A stretch of 39,116 nucleotides of DNA from Octopus bimaculoides (lineage: Eukaryota). The notes beneath the pieces were generated by a model. That model searched no databases and was not told the origin of the DNA. It saw nothing but the letters and a program-made list of their open reading frames with translations. This document shows positions 24,290 through 35,939 of this stretch, one piece after another. The stretch's first letter is position 1, and the number at the start of each line of letters is the position of its first letter. The stretch covers positions 57,665,937-57,705,052 of the forward strand of contig NC_068986.1 of assembly GCF_001194135.2 (NCBI RefSeq), written 5' to 3'. The position numbers and the translations under genes were made by a program.

Positions 24290-25825
24290 TGGGTGTACCC
24301 AAGATTATTGATTGTTACTGTTAAAATTGCTGTTACTCTTATTGCTGAATTGTTTGTTTCATCCCATTGTGGAAAAATGGAGAAAATGCCAGTAGGAGGT
24401 CACAGTAATGCGGCAGCAACTGGTATAGGAATGGAGGTAGAAGCTTTGGAGGTTCGCGAAGTAAAAGTCGAACCGAAGAAGATGAAAGAATGTGAGAAAC
24501 TACTGAAAAAGGAGGGAAACCCGTTGAAATTAACGCCGTCTGACGAACTCACAAGCAGTGTAAACAAGAGAACAGTGATTTTTAAAGCACTGAAGATATC
24601 AACAAGATAGATTGAAATAGCACCTATTGAAGCTATTGACGAATGCTTGCAGAAATCAAGAAGCTGACCACGTTTATCACACATGGAAGGAGGTATGACA
24701 CAGTGGAGGTGCGTTTCGCGACGGAGGACGAAGCGATTAAGCACTCCATGGAAGCAATATGGAAGAATGGGTACTGTCGCCAACGTACTGTGGGAAGCGT
24801 GTTGCTAGAGTGAGAGTTGGCAAAGTACCCCCATAGATAAAGGAAATATAGCTGACAGCAGCCATAATGTTTAACATGCAGGAGGATGCTAAGATACTCA
24901 AAGCAACGAGAACGAAAAGGTTGAGTTATTGGGGATATGGCATAGAGATGGCGATACAAGCGAGTTTGGAAGACCTCAATAGAATTGCTGAAGAAATAGT
25001 TCTGCCCGAGGATATAAGGTTGGCAGTGGTGATGGCGGGTAGGCCTCCCATATGCTACTTGTATGGAGAAAAAGGCCACATGAAGGCGAGATGTCCCCGG
25101 AGAGAAACGGAGCAACAGATAGAGCAGGAGAATGTGGACCAAGTGGTACACGTCGAGGTAAAGGAGACAAGAACAGAGGAGGAATTCACGGTAGTCATAA
25201 AAAGAAAGAGAAGTGAAAGAGTAAGCTCTCCGACAGAGAGGCAGAAAAAGAAAAAAAGAAGTGGTTAAGGAGGTAGAGAAATAGATTGTGAAGGAAGTCA
25301 GAAGGGAAGAAAGTGAGAAGATGGTTGACAAGGAGATTGAAAAGGTGCTTGAAGAAGAGCTCAAGGAGGAGTTTTAGAAGGAGGAGACAACAGGAAAGAC
25401 ACTGGTTATACCAGTGGAGGAAGAGGATTTAGGCGAACATCACTATGAGGGTGAAATGACGAAACTATTCAGAGTGGGGGAGGAAAAAGAATAAGTGCCA
25501 GGAGTAGAGCAAGAAAAGGGTAAACAAACAAGAAAGGCGAAAAAATACAGTTGGAGTTTAGTGACATACGCTAAAAATAAAGAAACTGAGCGGGAAATAA
25601 TGAAATTTAAGTCCATTATAAGGGTGAAGTTGCCAACAGATGTGTATTCGGAGAAGGTGAATGCCATTGTGGTCCACAAGTACAGGTACAACAGGCTGAA
25701 AGATATGTGTGGAAGAGGCATTGACCCGACAGGAGTAACGGTGGAATTTGATAAATTGTCACCAGTGGTAGAATTGAAAGATTTTCATCCTTTTATAAGA
25801 TATTAATAAAAAGAAAAAAAAAAAG
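24290..25825 (+). mobile_element. Retrotransposon ORF1/gag-like remnant with CCHC zinc knuckle (L1/Tx1-like), pseudogenised
   Basis: Consecutive disrupted plus-strand frames over ~1.5 kb include VVMAGRPPICYLYGEKGHMKARCP (CX2CX4HX4C with the second C mutated to Y), followed by an E/K-rich tract. The last frame ends in TAA overlapping AATAAA and an A-rich run (25804-25824). Confidence 0.6.
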
Positions 25826-26046
25826 TAAGTAAAATTGTTTTATGTAAGAAAAAATTTAAAAAATAAGATTGTTTTATTTAAAAAAAACGATGATAAAGGA
25901 AAAAAACAAAGGCAAAATGAACAATTACAAACAGTGCATTTAAACGTTCAAATGGTACTGCATGGGAGTGGAGCTCATGCAGCCATTTCATTTTTATTAT
26001 TATATAACATCTTCATTTTCATTCGTTTTGTGTTTTTTGTCCCCAC

Positions 26047-26220
26047 TGTGGCGTTCTGTCTGTCTTCGTGCTGTCTCCTCTGTGTAATGGCCGTAGTGCC
26101 AAAATAAAGAAAGAGTACGTAGTAGGCGGTCAGAGATAATCGTGTCTTTATTGGTTTTACTAAGTATACAGCATACCGAAGTGGGTGTTATAACAATCCA
26201 ACATAATAAGGATTATAGCA
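26047..26220 (+). mobile_element. Putative 5' LTR of Ty3/Gypsy element
   Basis: Starts TG(TGGCG), contains AATAAA, ends CA, and is followed 1 nt later by the PBS-like TGGCGACGAGG (26222-26232) and then gag. Confidence 0.55.
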
Positions 26221-26959
26221 GTGGCGACGAGGATTTAAATAATTCAAGAGGAATTAATAAAATCGAAGAGGAGTTAATTAACTCACAAAGTTTGTGTACC
26301 AATTTTACGAAAAGTCGTAAAAGTATTGAAAATTTGTTGGAACAAAAGCAGATACAACTGCAAGAGCAACAACAAATAATATTACAAATTTATATAGTGC
26401 TGCAATTATTGAAGTCGTCAGGAAAGTCAGAAAACGTGTTCTCGATAGACTATGTTACGAACTCCGTATCAGAGTCCAAATACGAACCTGACGAAGGAGT
26501 TACCTTCGAAGCATTCTACAGAAGATATGAGCAAATCTTCGAGAAAGAATGTAAAGATTGGGACGATGAGATGAAAACGTACTTAATCTTGAGAAAACTG
26601 GCGGCAACAGAACATGAAAGATACAGTAATTATGTACTCTCAAGAAAACCTTCGGACATAAACTTTAATGACAGATATATTGTGTAAAATTTTTAGTACC
26701 AAAAACCTCATTGTTCAACACCTGTTGGAAGTGTCTGAACATAGAGAAAAACAACGACAAGAACTATATCACATATGTTAGTAGAGTAAACAGGGAATGC
26801 AAGAAGTTCAAGCTGGACGAATTAAGGCCAGATATGTCGAAATGCCTGATTTTTACACAGGGACTTACTGTTGAAAAGGACGCAGAAGTTAAAACTAGAA
26901 TTCTCGCGAAGCTGGAACAAAACCAGGATGTAACCTTACAGCAAGTGTTGGAACAGTAA
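26221..26959 (+). mobile_element. Ty3/Gypsy (K02A2.6-like) gag remnant, frameshifted; pol absent
   Basis: KYEPDEGVTFEAFYRRYEQIFEKEC..LILRKLAATEHERYSNYVL.RKP, then FNTCWKCLN..VNRECKKFKL.EL.PDM.KCLIFTQGL..KDAE..TRIL.KLEQ; these are characteristic K02A2.6-like gag motifs. Confidence 0.88.
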
Positions 26960-26960
26960 T

Positions 26961-27663
26961 TTAAGAATTAACAAATTTCTAGGGTAAAAATCGTATATTA
27001 TGTTCAGCAAATTTCAAGTGAAATAAAAGTGTAGTTACACTTACTTTAATAATATGTTTGAATTAGAAATATGTCGTTCGAATAGTTAAATTACGAAATG
27101 CTCTGTCAATACAGAATACCCATAAGTAGCAAAAGCATTAACATTAACGTAGAGTCAATTTTTTGTAGGATGCGCAAATTTTAGAAATACCACACATGTA
27201 TTTTCTTACCTATTTGGTAGCGAAAACCAGAAACATGAAACAGTTTGAGTTACTGACACCAAAATGTTTAGAACTGCCAAGATTGTGATGAGTACAGATA
27301 TAATATCATATAGGCTGGGGTGCATTACAACTCTCAGTAAAATTTCTTTATGAGTATATAACAATTGTAGTATTTGGATGTGTGGATTTCCTTTGGACAT
27401 CCCAGGTTTACACATAAACATTATTTTCGACGGTGTTTTACTTACCGACGCTGCAGTTTCTGTAAATTTCTCAAAATATTTTGAGAATTAACAAATTTCT
27501 AGGGTAAAAATCGTATGTTATGTTCAGCAAATTTCAAGTGAAATAAACGTGTAGTCACATTTACTTAAATAATATGTTTGAATTAGAAATATGTCGTTCG
27601 AATAGTTAAATTACGAAATGCTCTGTCAATACTGAATGCCCATAAGTAGCAAAAGCATTAACA
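26961..27663 (+). repeat. ~180-bp direct duplication (26961-27143 and 27481-27663)
   Basis: Both copies read GAATTAACAAATTTCTAGGGTAAAAATCG..CATAAGTAGCAAAAGCATTAACA with only scattered substitutions and small indels. Confidence 0.92.
27210..27345 (-). CDS. Candidate coding exon with hydrophobic (transmembrane-like) segment
   Basis: Reads ILLRVVMHPSLYDIISVLITILAVLNILVSVTQTVSCFWFSLPN and ends at the consensus donor AG|gtaaga. An upstream donor CG|gtaagt at 27446/27445 gives a 100-nt intron. The acceptor is weak. Confidence 0.35.
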
Positions 27664-28778
27664 CTGGACTGTTTAAACATATTGGAAAATGGTTCTGTTT
27701 CCTACACGAACGATAACTTTTAAAGAGAAATTAAATTGACCATAACTTCATTAAGAACAATTCTGAGCTATTTATAGCTATTTTCTCGCCTGAGCAACTT
27801 TGGGTATTATGCATGTGTGTGTGTGTGTGTGTGTGTNNNNNNNNNNNNNNNNNNNNNNNNNNNNNNNNNNNNNNNNNNNNNNNNNNNNNNNNNNNNNNNN
27901 NNNNNNNNNNNNNNNNNNNNNNNNNNNNNNNNNNNNNNNNNNNNNNNNNNNNNNNNNNNNNNNNNNNNNNNNNNNNNNNNNNNNNNNNNNNNNNNNNNNN
28001 NNNNATTGAAAAATCAAGCAAATTAGAGAAAATAAAGTGACATTTCATCAAATACAAACCTAAAACGTAGGATAAGAGACATGTTTGACAACAACTAAAA
28101 CAACAAACATGAGAACAACATTAGACATAGATATATAATTCGAATGAAATTTCTCACGAACACCTGACCACTTCGTTCTCAAGTATATTTTCGAATAATG
28201 AAACACTGAATACGAAATATTCTATTGAATGTTACCAACATTCCACTATCTATCATTGAGTTACTCAAGCGGATGAAAGTAGCAAGCTTCTGTTTTGCCA
28301 AGCCTGCAGATATTTCCTTTCTTTCATCCAATGAAGTCTTAGAGAAGCCCTTGGCGGGTACGTTAAGTAAAATCTCATATTGGGAAAAGCCGCACGTGCG
28401 TAACTTTTTATGAAAGATGTGGCGTGACCCCAAGTCCAAATTACGCGAAACACACCAGCCTAAAACTGATCTCACAGCGCTAGAGATGGCAGGTGTTTAT
28501 TTCCTCTCTAGCAATATAAACAAGAGTGCATTTTACACCAAAAGCCAGTATGAGAGTTCTCTCATAGTATCTGCCATCAACATTTAAGTGAGGTAAATAT
28601 TACCTGTCGCTAATACATATTAATCCAAAAATATTTAGGAAGGCGAAAGATAAGGATCACCGACAGAGACAATGGTGACAACATTACCCCTTGTTTCCTT
28701 GTCACTTTTGTGGAACATGGTGAGGTCTCAGTATCGATGTACGTTTCGGCGATATGTGATCAAGTGTGATACTATGTA

Positions 28779-28905
28779 CAGGGTGTCCACAAAGTCTGGG
28801 TACGTGGGGATTAACACATACTTTAAGAAATTATTGTTTTTTATATTTAATTGGTTATGTTATGATTTTATTTACTCTAGGTACCCAGACTTTGTGGACA
28901 CACTG
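28779..28905. mobile_element. 127-bp Tc1/mariner MITE with TA target-site duplication
   Basis: TA|CAGGGTGTCCACAAAGTCTGGGTAC ... GTACCCAGACTTTGTGGACACACTG|TA: 25-bp inverted repeats with 1 mismatch. Confidence 0.92.
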
Positions 28906-29747
28906 TATATGGAAGACTGCTTGACACCGCTAGATTGTAAAACGATTCTACGATTGTGCCTTCTTGGGAGTGTTGTGAGAAGGCCAGCAAGGAAAATCAT
29001 TTGAAGGCATTTTGCCCAGAAAGCTTAAAAGAGCACAAACAACTAGGGCAACAATACATAGAGATTGCTGGTTCCGATTTGATACCTCTGCATACGCTGT
29101 TGTCGTCAACAAATAAAACTTTACCTCATTCTCAAAAACCACTCGAGATACTCCAGAATTCCATAAATCAACAGAGATAATGGTAGCCATCCAAAACAAC
29201 AGACAGTGAAAGCTAAATCACCAAAAAGCTCCTCCTTACATTCACCTTATCAAATTCTGAATGTGAGGAATACATAGAGGCCACAGAAGACCAGTAGATT
29301 CCCTATGTCGATCAAAAAGTGACCCCAAAATAATCAGAAAAACCAATAAAAGAGACATGAAGCAAGGCACATTTACCGTGATAATGAGAAGCTCTGTGAT
29401 TAGAAGTCCATCTCCTATAGACAGAGCTTATCTCTCGCTTTTCTTCTCTCTTCCTCCCTCTGTCTATCTTTCTGCCTGTGTACCTGTCTCACTGTCTTTC
29501 TCCCCCTCTACCTCTTCTCCCTCTTCCTCTCGAGTGAGAAGAGTTACTCTTCTGGGAAAGAAGCCCATCTAGTGTGAACAGGAATTGATCTCCCAGAATG
29601 ATATCATCTCAAACATTTGAAAGTCAACGAAGAAGAATTATGTATGTATGCACACAAACATACATGCATATACATGTATGTGTGTGTGTACGCTTACAGG
29701 CACACACACACACACATATAATAGGACATATAAGTATAATATATATG

Positions 29748-29791
<44 letters not shown>

Positions 29792-30555
29792 NNNNNNNNN
29801 NNNNNNNNNNNNNNNNNNNNNNNNNNNNNNNNNNNNNNNNNNNNNNNNNNNNNNNNNNNNNNNNNNNNNNNNNNNNNNNNNNNNNNNNNNNNNNNNNNNN
29901 NNNNNNNNNNNNNNNNNNNNNNNNNNNNNNNNNNNNNNNNNNNNNNNNNNNNNNNNNNNNNNNNNNNNNNNNNNNNNNNNNNNNNNNNNNNNNNNNNNNN
30001 NNNNNNNNNNNNNNNNNNNNNNNNNNNNNNNNNNNNNNNNNNNNNNNNNNNNNNNNNNNNNNNNNNNNNNNNNNNNNNNNNNNNNNNNNNNNNNNNNNNN
30101 NNNNNNNNNNNNNNNNNNNNNNNNNNNNNNNNNNNNNNNNNNNNNNNNNNNNNNNNNNNNNNNNNNNNNNNNNNNNNNNNNNNNNNNNNNNNNNNNNNNN
30201 NNNNNNNNNNNNNNNNNNNNNNNNNNNNNNNNNNNNNNNNNNNNNNNNNNNNNNNNNNNNNNNNNNNNNNNNNNNNNNNNNNNNNNNNNNNNNNNNNNNN
30301 NNNNNNNNNNNNNNNNNNNNNNNNNNNNNNNNNNNNNNNNNNNNNNNNNNNNNNNNNNNNNNNNNNNNNNNNNNNNNNNNNNNNNNNNNNNNNNNNNNNN
30401 NNNNNNNNNNNNNNNNNNNNNNNNNNNNNNNNNNNNNNNNNNNNNNNNNNNNNNNNNNNNNNNNNNNNNNNNNNNNNNNNNNNNNNNNNNNNNNNNNNNN
30501 NNNNNNNNNNNNNNNNNNNNNNNNNNNNNNNNNNNNNNNNNNNNNNNNNNNNNNA

Positions 30556-31140
30556 ACAAACAAATTACATTAATATATGTTGAAATACTAAAGAGTAAAT
30601 TTATACAATAAAATCGCAGTTGGCTTTAGCCACGGCCTCCAGGCGATTTTGGAATCTCTTGCAACTCTTTTGGGCCGTCTCCTTGTTTAAGTTGGTGAAT
30701 GCTGCCATAATCGTTGTCTGCAGTTCATCTTTGGTGTTACAAGGAGTCTTGTTGGTCTCTCGCTCAACTGCGCCCCACACATCAAGGATATTGCAGTCTG
30801 GGGAGTTAGGTGGCCAAATCTTAGGAGTGATGTGGTCACAGAAGTTGTCTGACAACCATGACTGGGTTCTCCTGCTTGTGTGGCATGATGCAGAGTCCTC
30901 TTGTCAGACATAGGGTGTTCCAGCAGGCACCCTCTTCACCCAGGTCAGCACAACCTCCTCCAGCCACTTGATGTAGGCCACCGTGTTGAGTTTGAAGCCA
31001 TGCGGTAGGATGAATGGAGGCATAACGTCACCATCACTAGTGATCATTCTAAACACCATGATGTTGAGTGGATGTTTGATTTTTATCCATCTCGGTACAT
31101 GCACTGTCCTCAACTTGACACCCAAACACATGTTCGTATG
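30556..31140 (-). mobile_element. maT (DD37D) Tc1/mariner transposase pseudogene, C-terminal half
   Basis: KHPLNIMVF..ITSDGDVMPPF..PYV*QEDSASCHTSRRTQSWLSDNFCDHITPKIWPPNSPDCNILD: 37 residues lie between the second and third catalytic Asp. There is an internal TGA and the 5' half is missing. Confidence 0.9.
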
Positions 31141-31385
31141 CCAAGCAGTAGGGCATGTCTTATCGAAATTTCTGTTATATTCATGTGTGTGTGTATTAGT
31201 GTAAATATAGATATATATATATATTGTTTTATACGATCACCTCACATCCATAAACCACGCTGCTAATAGTTTCATGTACATGGAACCCAAGTACGTTCTT
31301 CAGGCGTGCCAATATTTTTACTCTCGCCAGATGGAGTACTCTTTTTGTTGAACCTTATTACACGGATCAATTCATTTACATCTAT

Positions 31386-31421
<36 letters not shown>

Positions 31422-32013
31422 ATAAATGCATTCACATATATNNNNNNNNNNNNNNNNNNNNNNNNNNNNNNNNNNNNNNNNNNNNNNNNNNNNNNNNNNN
31501 NNNNNNNNNNNNNNNNNNNNNNNNNNNNNNNNNNNNNNNNNNNNNNNNNNNNNNNNNNNNNNNNNNNNNNNNNNNNNNNNNNNNNNNNNNNNNNNNNNNN
31601 NNNNNNNNNNNNNNNNNNNNNNNNNNNNNNNNNNNNNNNNNNNNNNNNNNNNNNNNNNNNNNNNNNNNNNNNNNNNNNNNNNNNNNNNNNNNNNNNNNNN
31701 NNNNNNNNNNNNNNNNNNNNNNNNNNNNNNNNNNNNNNNNNNNNNNNNNNNACTGGATCATTTACAGAAATATAAAAATATACTCACAACTATTAGCTAT
31801 TAACTGAAGACTCTTTCTGCTGTACCCTCGTTCTGGTCTAACAACCTTCAATGTTTGTTTTCGTTCGGTTTCCTTGTATGTCTCCTCTGTCCTGTTTTTG
31901 TTCCCAACTTTGACCCTCCATGAATCCAAAATTTTATTTTTGTACTTATGGGAGCAACTGTCTTCGAACATTCATATTGTCGCTCAATGCTTGAAATGAG
32001 GAGTAGATAGACA

Positions 32014-32145
32014 GCCGACAACTGATGAAGGGTCGTTCTTTATGTTACTTGTCCTGTTTCCCATTTGTTTCTCCTGGTTGTTTGCCTATTAAACTCATTT
32101 GTTTTCGTATTTCATGTTGTTTATTGTTGGTGACGTCCTGTACCC
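32014..32145 (+). repeat. Unclassified interspersed repeat, copy 2 (GACAACTGATGAAGGG family)
   Basis: Shares GACAACTGATGAAGGG, TTCTTTATGTT and GTCCTGTACC with 2370-2450. Confidence 0.65.
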
Positions 32146-32154
32146 ATATACGCA

Positions 32155-32211
<57 letters not shown>

Positions 32212-33199
32212 CTGTGTATGTGTATAGATAGATACCTAGATATATACATTCATACATACACACGCATATAAAGTAAAGGCTATATGCCAACATGATGTGG
32301 CTGTCCCGAAAGGGGCGATGTAACTGTTGTTTTAGCCCCCAGAAACATCAAAAATACTAGGTCAGTGTCTAGCGTGATGGAAAATCACTAGGAGTAACGC
32401 AACCCCGGCCTTTTTTAAAGTATGCTCTTAGGGGAAAGTCACTCTGATATAAAGTCAGATATGCAGGGAATGGCATTGGACATTTGTGGGATCTTTTGCT
32501 TACGCTTAACATCATGGCGCTCTCACATTCCTGAGACTGTGACCCATATCGACACTGGATATCATTCCCTGGCTTGTCTCTGGTTCATGTCAGTAGCGTG
32601 ATGGGTGTTTGTGAGGTGTTGGAACTAATATTCGAGGTTGCACAATCACTGTCGAGGCGACAATCTGATGCCCGTTTGAGTAGAAGGGAACTGTGGTGAA
32701 GATTTTAGTCACGGTCGCGAACCTAGCTGAAGTCAAACGCGGGTTTGATAACCTCAGGCACGGGCATTGCTGAAATTTTGTTACGGCGATGATCAGAGAT
32801 AATCTTCCTCGGCCATGAGTGGACAGTCATCATATAATGATTATTTGTACGTTTGTTGGTAATACCCCTAGGCAGGTTCGGATGCAAAATATATTAGATG
32901 TCATCATGTTTATCTTAGGATTATAGGAGAATAACTTCTCCATTTTACGATGACAGTGTATTCAACACACTCGGCTCGCTGGCGCACGGGATTCCAGGAC
33001 ACCGTTGCTTCAACGTGTTGTATATCGTCAGCCAGAAACAACCAGAAGTTTAAGCCTAAACGAAGCCGCTGGTTTTGTTTATACTTTCAGCGAATAAAGT
33101 GTTTTCTGAGCATTGCTTATATCTGCCAACCATAAAATATCGTTATCTGCACCATGTACAGCGAAATCTGAAACGAGTATTTGCATATTTATTTTTGAC

Positions 33200-34015
33200 A
33201 CAACCAGGTAGTTGGATGCAGTTTTCAATCAGAGCCCTTCCTTTCCAGAAAAAGGTGTATCCGTTAGATTCGGTCAACTATCCCTGTTCGGCCAGTCTGG
33301 TTTCATTCAAGGTGACGATGTCGATGTCCGAAGAACAATAACCAAAATCCCAGGCCGCCTACGTGCATGTTCATGACTATTACTTCCAGTGGCTACCTCC
33401 ACCTGTCACTTTCGCCATTCCCCTGTCGCCGCAGGACTTCAGTGGAAAGTTGAGACTGGGATACACAGAAACCTGTGCGAGAGGCTGATTAAAGTGAAAG
33501 AGACGTTGCACATGGAAAATCCATTCTCTCGGCAGAAGAGACCCTGAACCAGTAGCACTGAGAACTGTTACGTCTGAAGACCTCCTTGCGGTAGTAGATG
33601 ACCAAAACGTCTTCAAGTCTTGTTCTACCCTAAGCGCTCTATAACGCCTGTTGGAACCGCCTTTTTGGCTGTTGGACAACTTTTGGTTTCGTCTGTCCAG
33701 TCTGCCGGAACCAGTCTTCGCATGCCATGGGTAGGCAAACCCTGATTTACTCACCGAAGGTTTCAGACCCGTCTGTTACCCTCACCTAGTTTAGCCGGTC
33801 TGTCGAAGCAATTGCTTGGATTGTGGCCGCTTTTGCAAGTTAAGAGGAGGCTTCTGCAAGTTAAGAGGAGGCTTCTGCGAGTTAAGAGGAGGCTTCTGCA
33901 AGTTAAGAGGAGCCATAGGTAAGAGTAGGTAGTCAAGTGGAAACCAAGGTGAGCGGACCAACCCTTAAAAGGGTGCGACAATCCCCTCATCAGAGGTGCT
34001 AACTCACACCCGACT
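33200..34015 (-). mobile_element. RTE-clade LINE 5' portion (5' UTR plus start of APE endonuclease)
   Basis: Minus strand ~33330-33230 reads SDIDIVTLNETRLAEQG*LTESNGYTFFWKGR, the RTE endonuclease motif IDI.AL.ETRL..G.L.E.GYTFFW.G. The upstream GC-richer UTR (GACCGGCTAAACTAGGTGAGGGTAACAGACGGGTC..CTACCCATGGCATGCGAAGAC) resembles RTE leaders. Confidence 0.8.
33834..33912. repeat. 21-bp tandem repeat, ~3.8 copies
   Basis: TGCAAGTTAAGAGGAGGCTTC at 33834, 33855, 33876 (1 substitution) and a partial copy at 33897. Confidence 0.95.
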
Positions 34016-34149
34016 ACATATATGTATAGATATAAAAAAAGAATTTAAACAGTAGAAAATAAAAATAAAAAATGAATATAAAGATACAAATATAAATAGA
34101 AGTTTTAAAATATACAATATATACATATTCCATACACACACACATACAT

Positions 34150-34397
34150 TGTTGCATGGCCGTTCACTACTCATTAGTTCCTCCGCCCTTTGACAGGTCT
34201 TATTTTTCGTCCCACAGGGTGTCCAACAATCACCTTCCTCACCAAGTAAGCTTGGTGGAGTTGCCAGTTTAGTCACCGACGACCCGACCATATAACAAGT
34301 TGTACTGGGTTACGAGTAGCGTTCAAGAGTGACCAATAGCACTCGAGCGATCACTAACACTCAAGAGCGACCTGACACTCGAGAGCGACCTGACACT
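34150..34397 (-). mobile_element. Probable second RTE-like 5' UTR fragment with an 18-bp duplication
   Basis: Minus strand GGACACCCTGTGGGACG..ACCTGTCAAAGGGCGGAGGAAC recalls octopus RTE leaders. ACACTC(A/G)AGAGCGACCTG occurs twice. No coding sequence. Confidence 0.4.
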
Positions 34398-35939
34398 TAA
34401 ATATATATACATACACTATATATGTATGTATGTATGTGTGTGTGTGTGTTTGTGTGTGTGTAAGGATTTGTAGGATTGAATAATCAGTAATTTCTTCATC
34501 TTTAAAACGCTAAGGTGTCATTTGAGAGAGACTTCTCTACTACATCTAGCAGGTCGAGCGGCCATGTAATGTGACTTTCTCGATCATTCAAAGGCAGTTT
34601 GTGAGGAAACAGTGTGTTGAAATGGTCTGAGTGAAAATCTCTGATGCAAGAAAGAAACCCAGAAGAGGGCAACTGTACGAAAAAAAAAGAAGAAAAAAAA
34701 AATTCTTAAAGATTTTACAGTATTACATCTAGCGAACCCTTACTGTAACCATTTACATTGGACCTGTTGAGTGTTGTGTACGGTTATTACGTTTAAATGA
34801 GTGTACACCAACCCCTGATCTCTAGATTTGTTGTCCGGCATCTTATCTATTTACTCTCTCAGTTTTCTTTTTCCTTCCTTCTTTCTTTCTTTCTTTCTTT
34901 TTTGTCTCCTTATCTCAAATCTACAACCTGTAGAAAAGTGTGGAAGAACAGATAAGCTTAAGAAAATCGTTAAATTTTATCGTTTGTGAAAGAAGCATCA
35001 GTATTATATTTTATATTCCGCTTACTTTTTCTTGTTATTGTTTTTATCATCGTCGTTGTTTTTCTTATTGTCTTCAATGTTTATTTATTTTGTTTGCTTG
35101 TTTGTTTAACTCTTATAATAAACTATGCAAAATGACAGTTTTAAGAACATTCATCATTATTTTCTGAAAATATCAAGCTATATTCAGATTATGCTCGATT
35201 CAGAAAAAAATTATTACTTTACGCTTCACATAACAGTGTGATATCTTACATATATATTTGTGCATTTGTATGCACGTATATGTATGAATGTGCGTGTGTG
35301 TATTTGTTTTGTGTATATGTGTATGCGTGTGAGTTTGCGTGTGAGTCTGCGTGTGCATGTAAATGGGTTTTTATATATCTATATATTTATGTGTGTATTA
35401 TTTGACGTTTTCCGGTAGACGAATAGACGAAGCAACTTTCTTTCAAATGTATCCTCATTCATTATGAACACAAAGAAACGCAACCACAGTCTCTCCTGGG
35501 AAAAATAGCTTCATTACTTGCTATCTGATCAGCATTGGCTAGTAATTACTATTTACAAGTTCAAACAAACATGGGAACCTTTATTAACCATTTCATTGTA
35601 TGACTATGTTGAGTTCAAAACATGCATTTCTAATGACTGACCAAATAATATACAGACAAATATAAGCATGACAGCACTAATCTTTAAACAATAAAGAACA
35701 TATTTTCCTGACATTGGTGCTTCAACGGGGCGCCAAGATGGACTGTAAAGTAATAATTCTATTGTTTTCTCAGTCGTGTATAAACCTGAATTTAGTTTAG
35801 CAACTTCATATTTTCAAACATTACTTGAAAGTTTCGCTATACGATTTAATCTAACCATTTGAACCTTCATAATGCATGGAAGTTGTACTGCTTGAGCAAT
35901 TACTGCCTATTCTTACAAACTTACATTTCTCTTTGTATC

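Noticed and set aside
28179-28475. Overlapping 62-98 aa ORFs on both strands as a gene
   Set aside because: No recognisable domain, no preferred frame, and ambiguous splice signals.
28948-29330. Tc1-like (VVFENEVKFYL) or GIY-YIG-like (CEEYIEAT) remnants
   Set aside because: The matches are too short and diverged, and they point to different element types on opposite strands.
32290-32950. Coding region in a GC-richer block
   Set aside because: No frame gave a recognisable motif; probably a non-coding part of an unclassified repeat.
33975-34000. Hammerhead from CTGATGAGGGG on the minus strand
   Set aside because: No GAAA follows the putative stem II; the motif sits in a simple hairpin loop.
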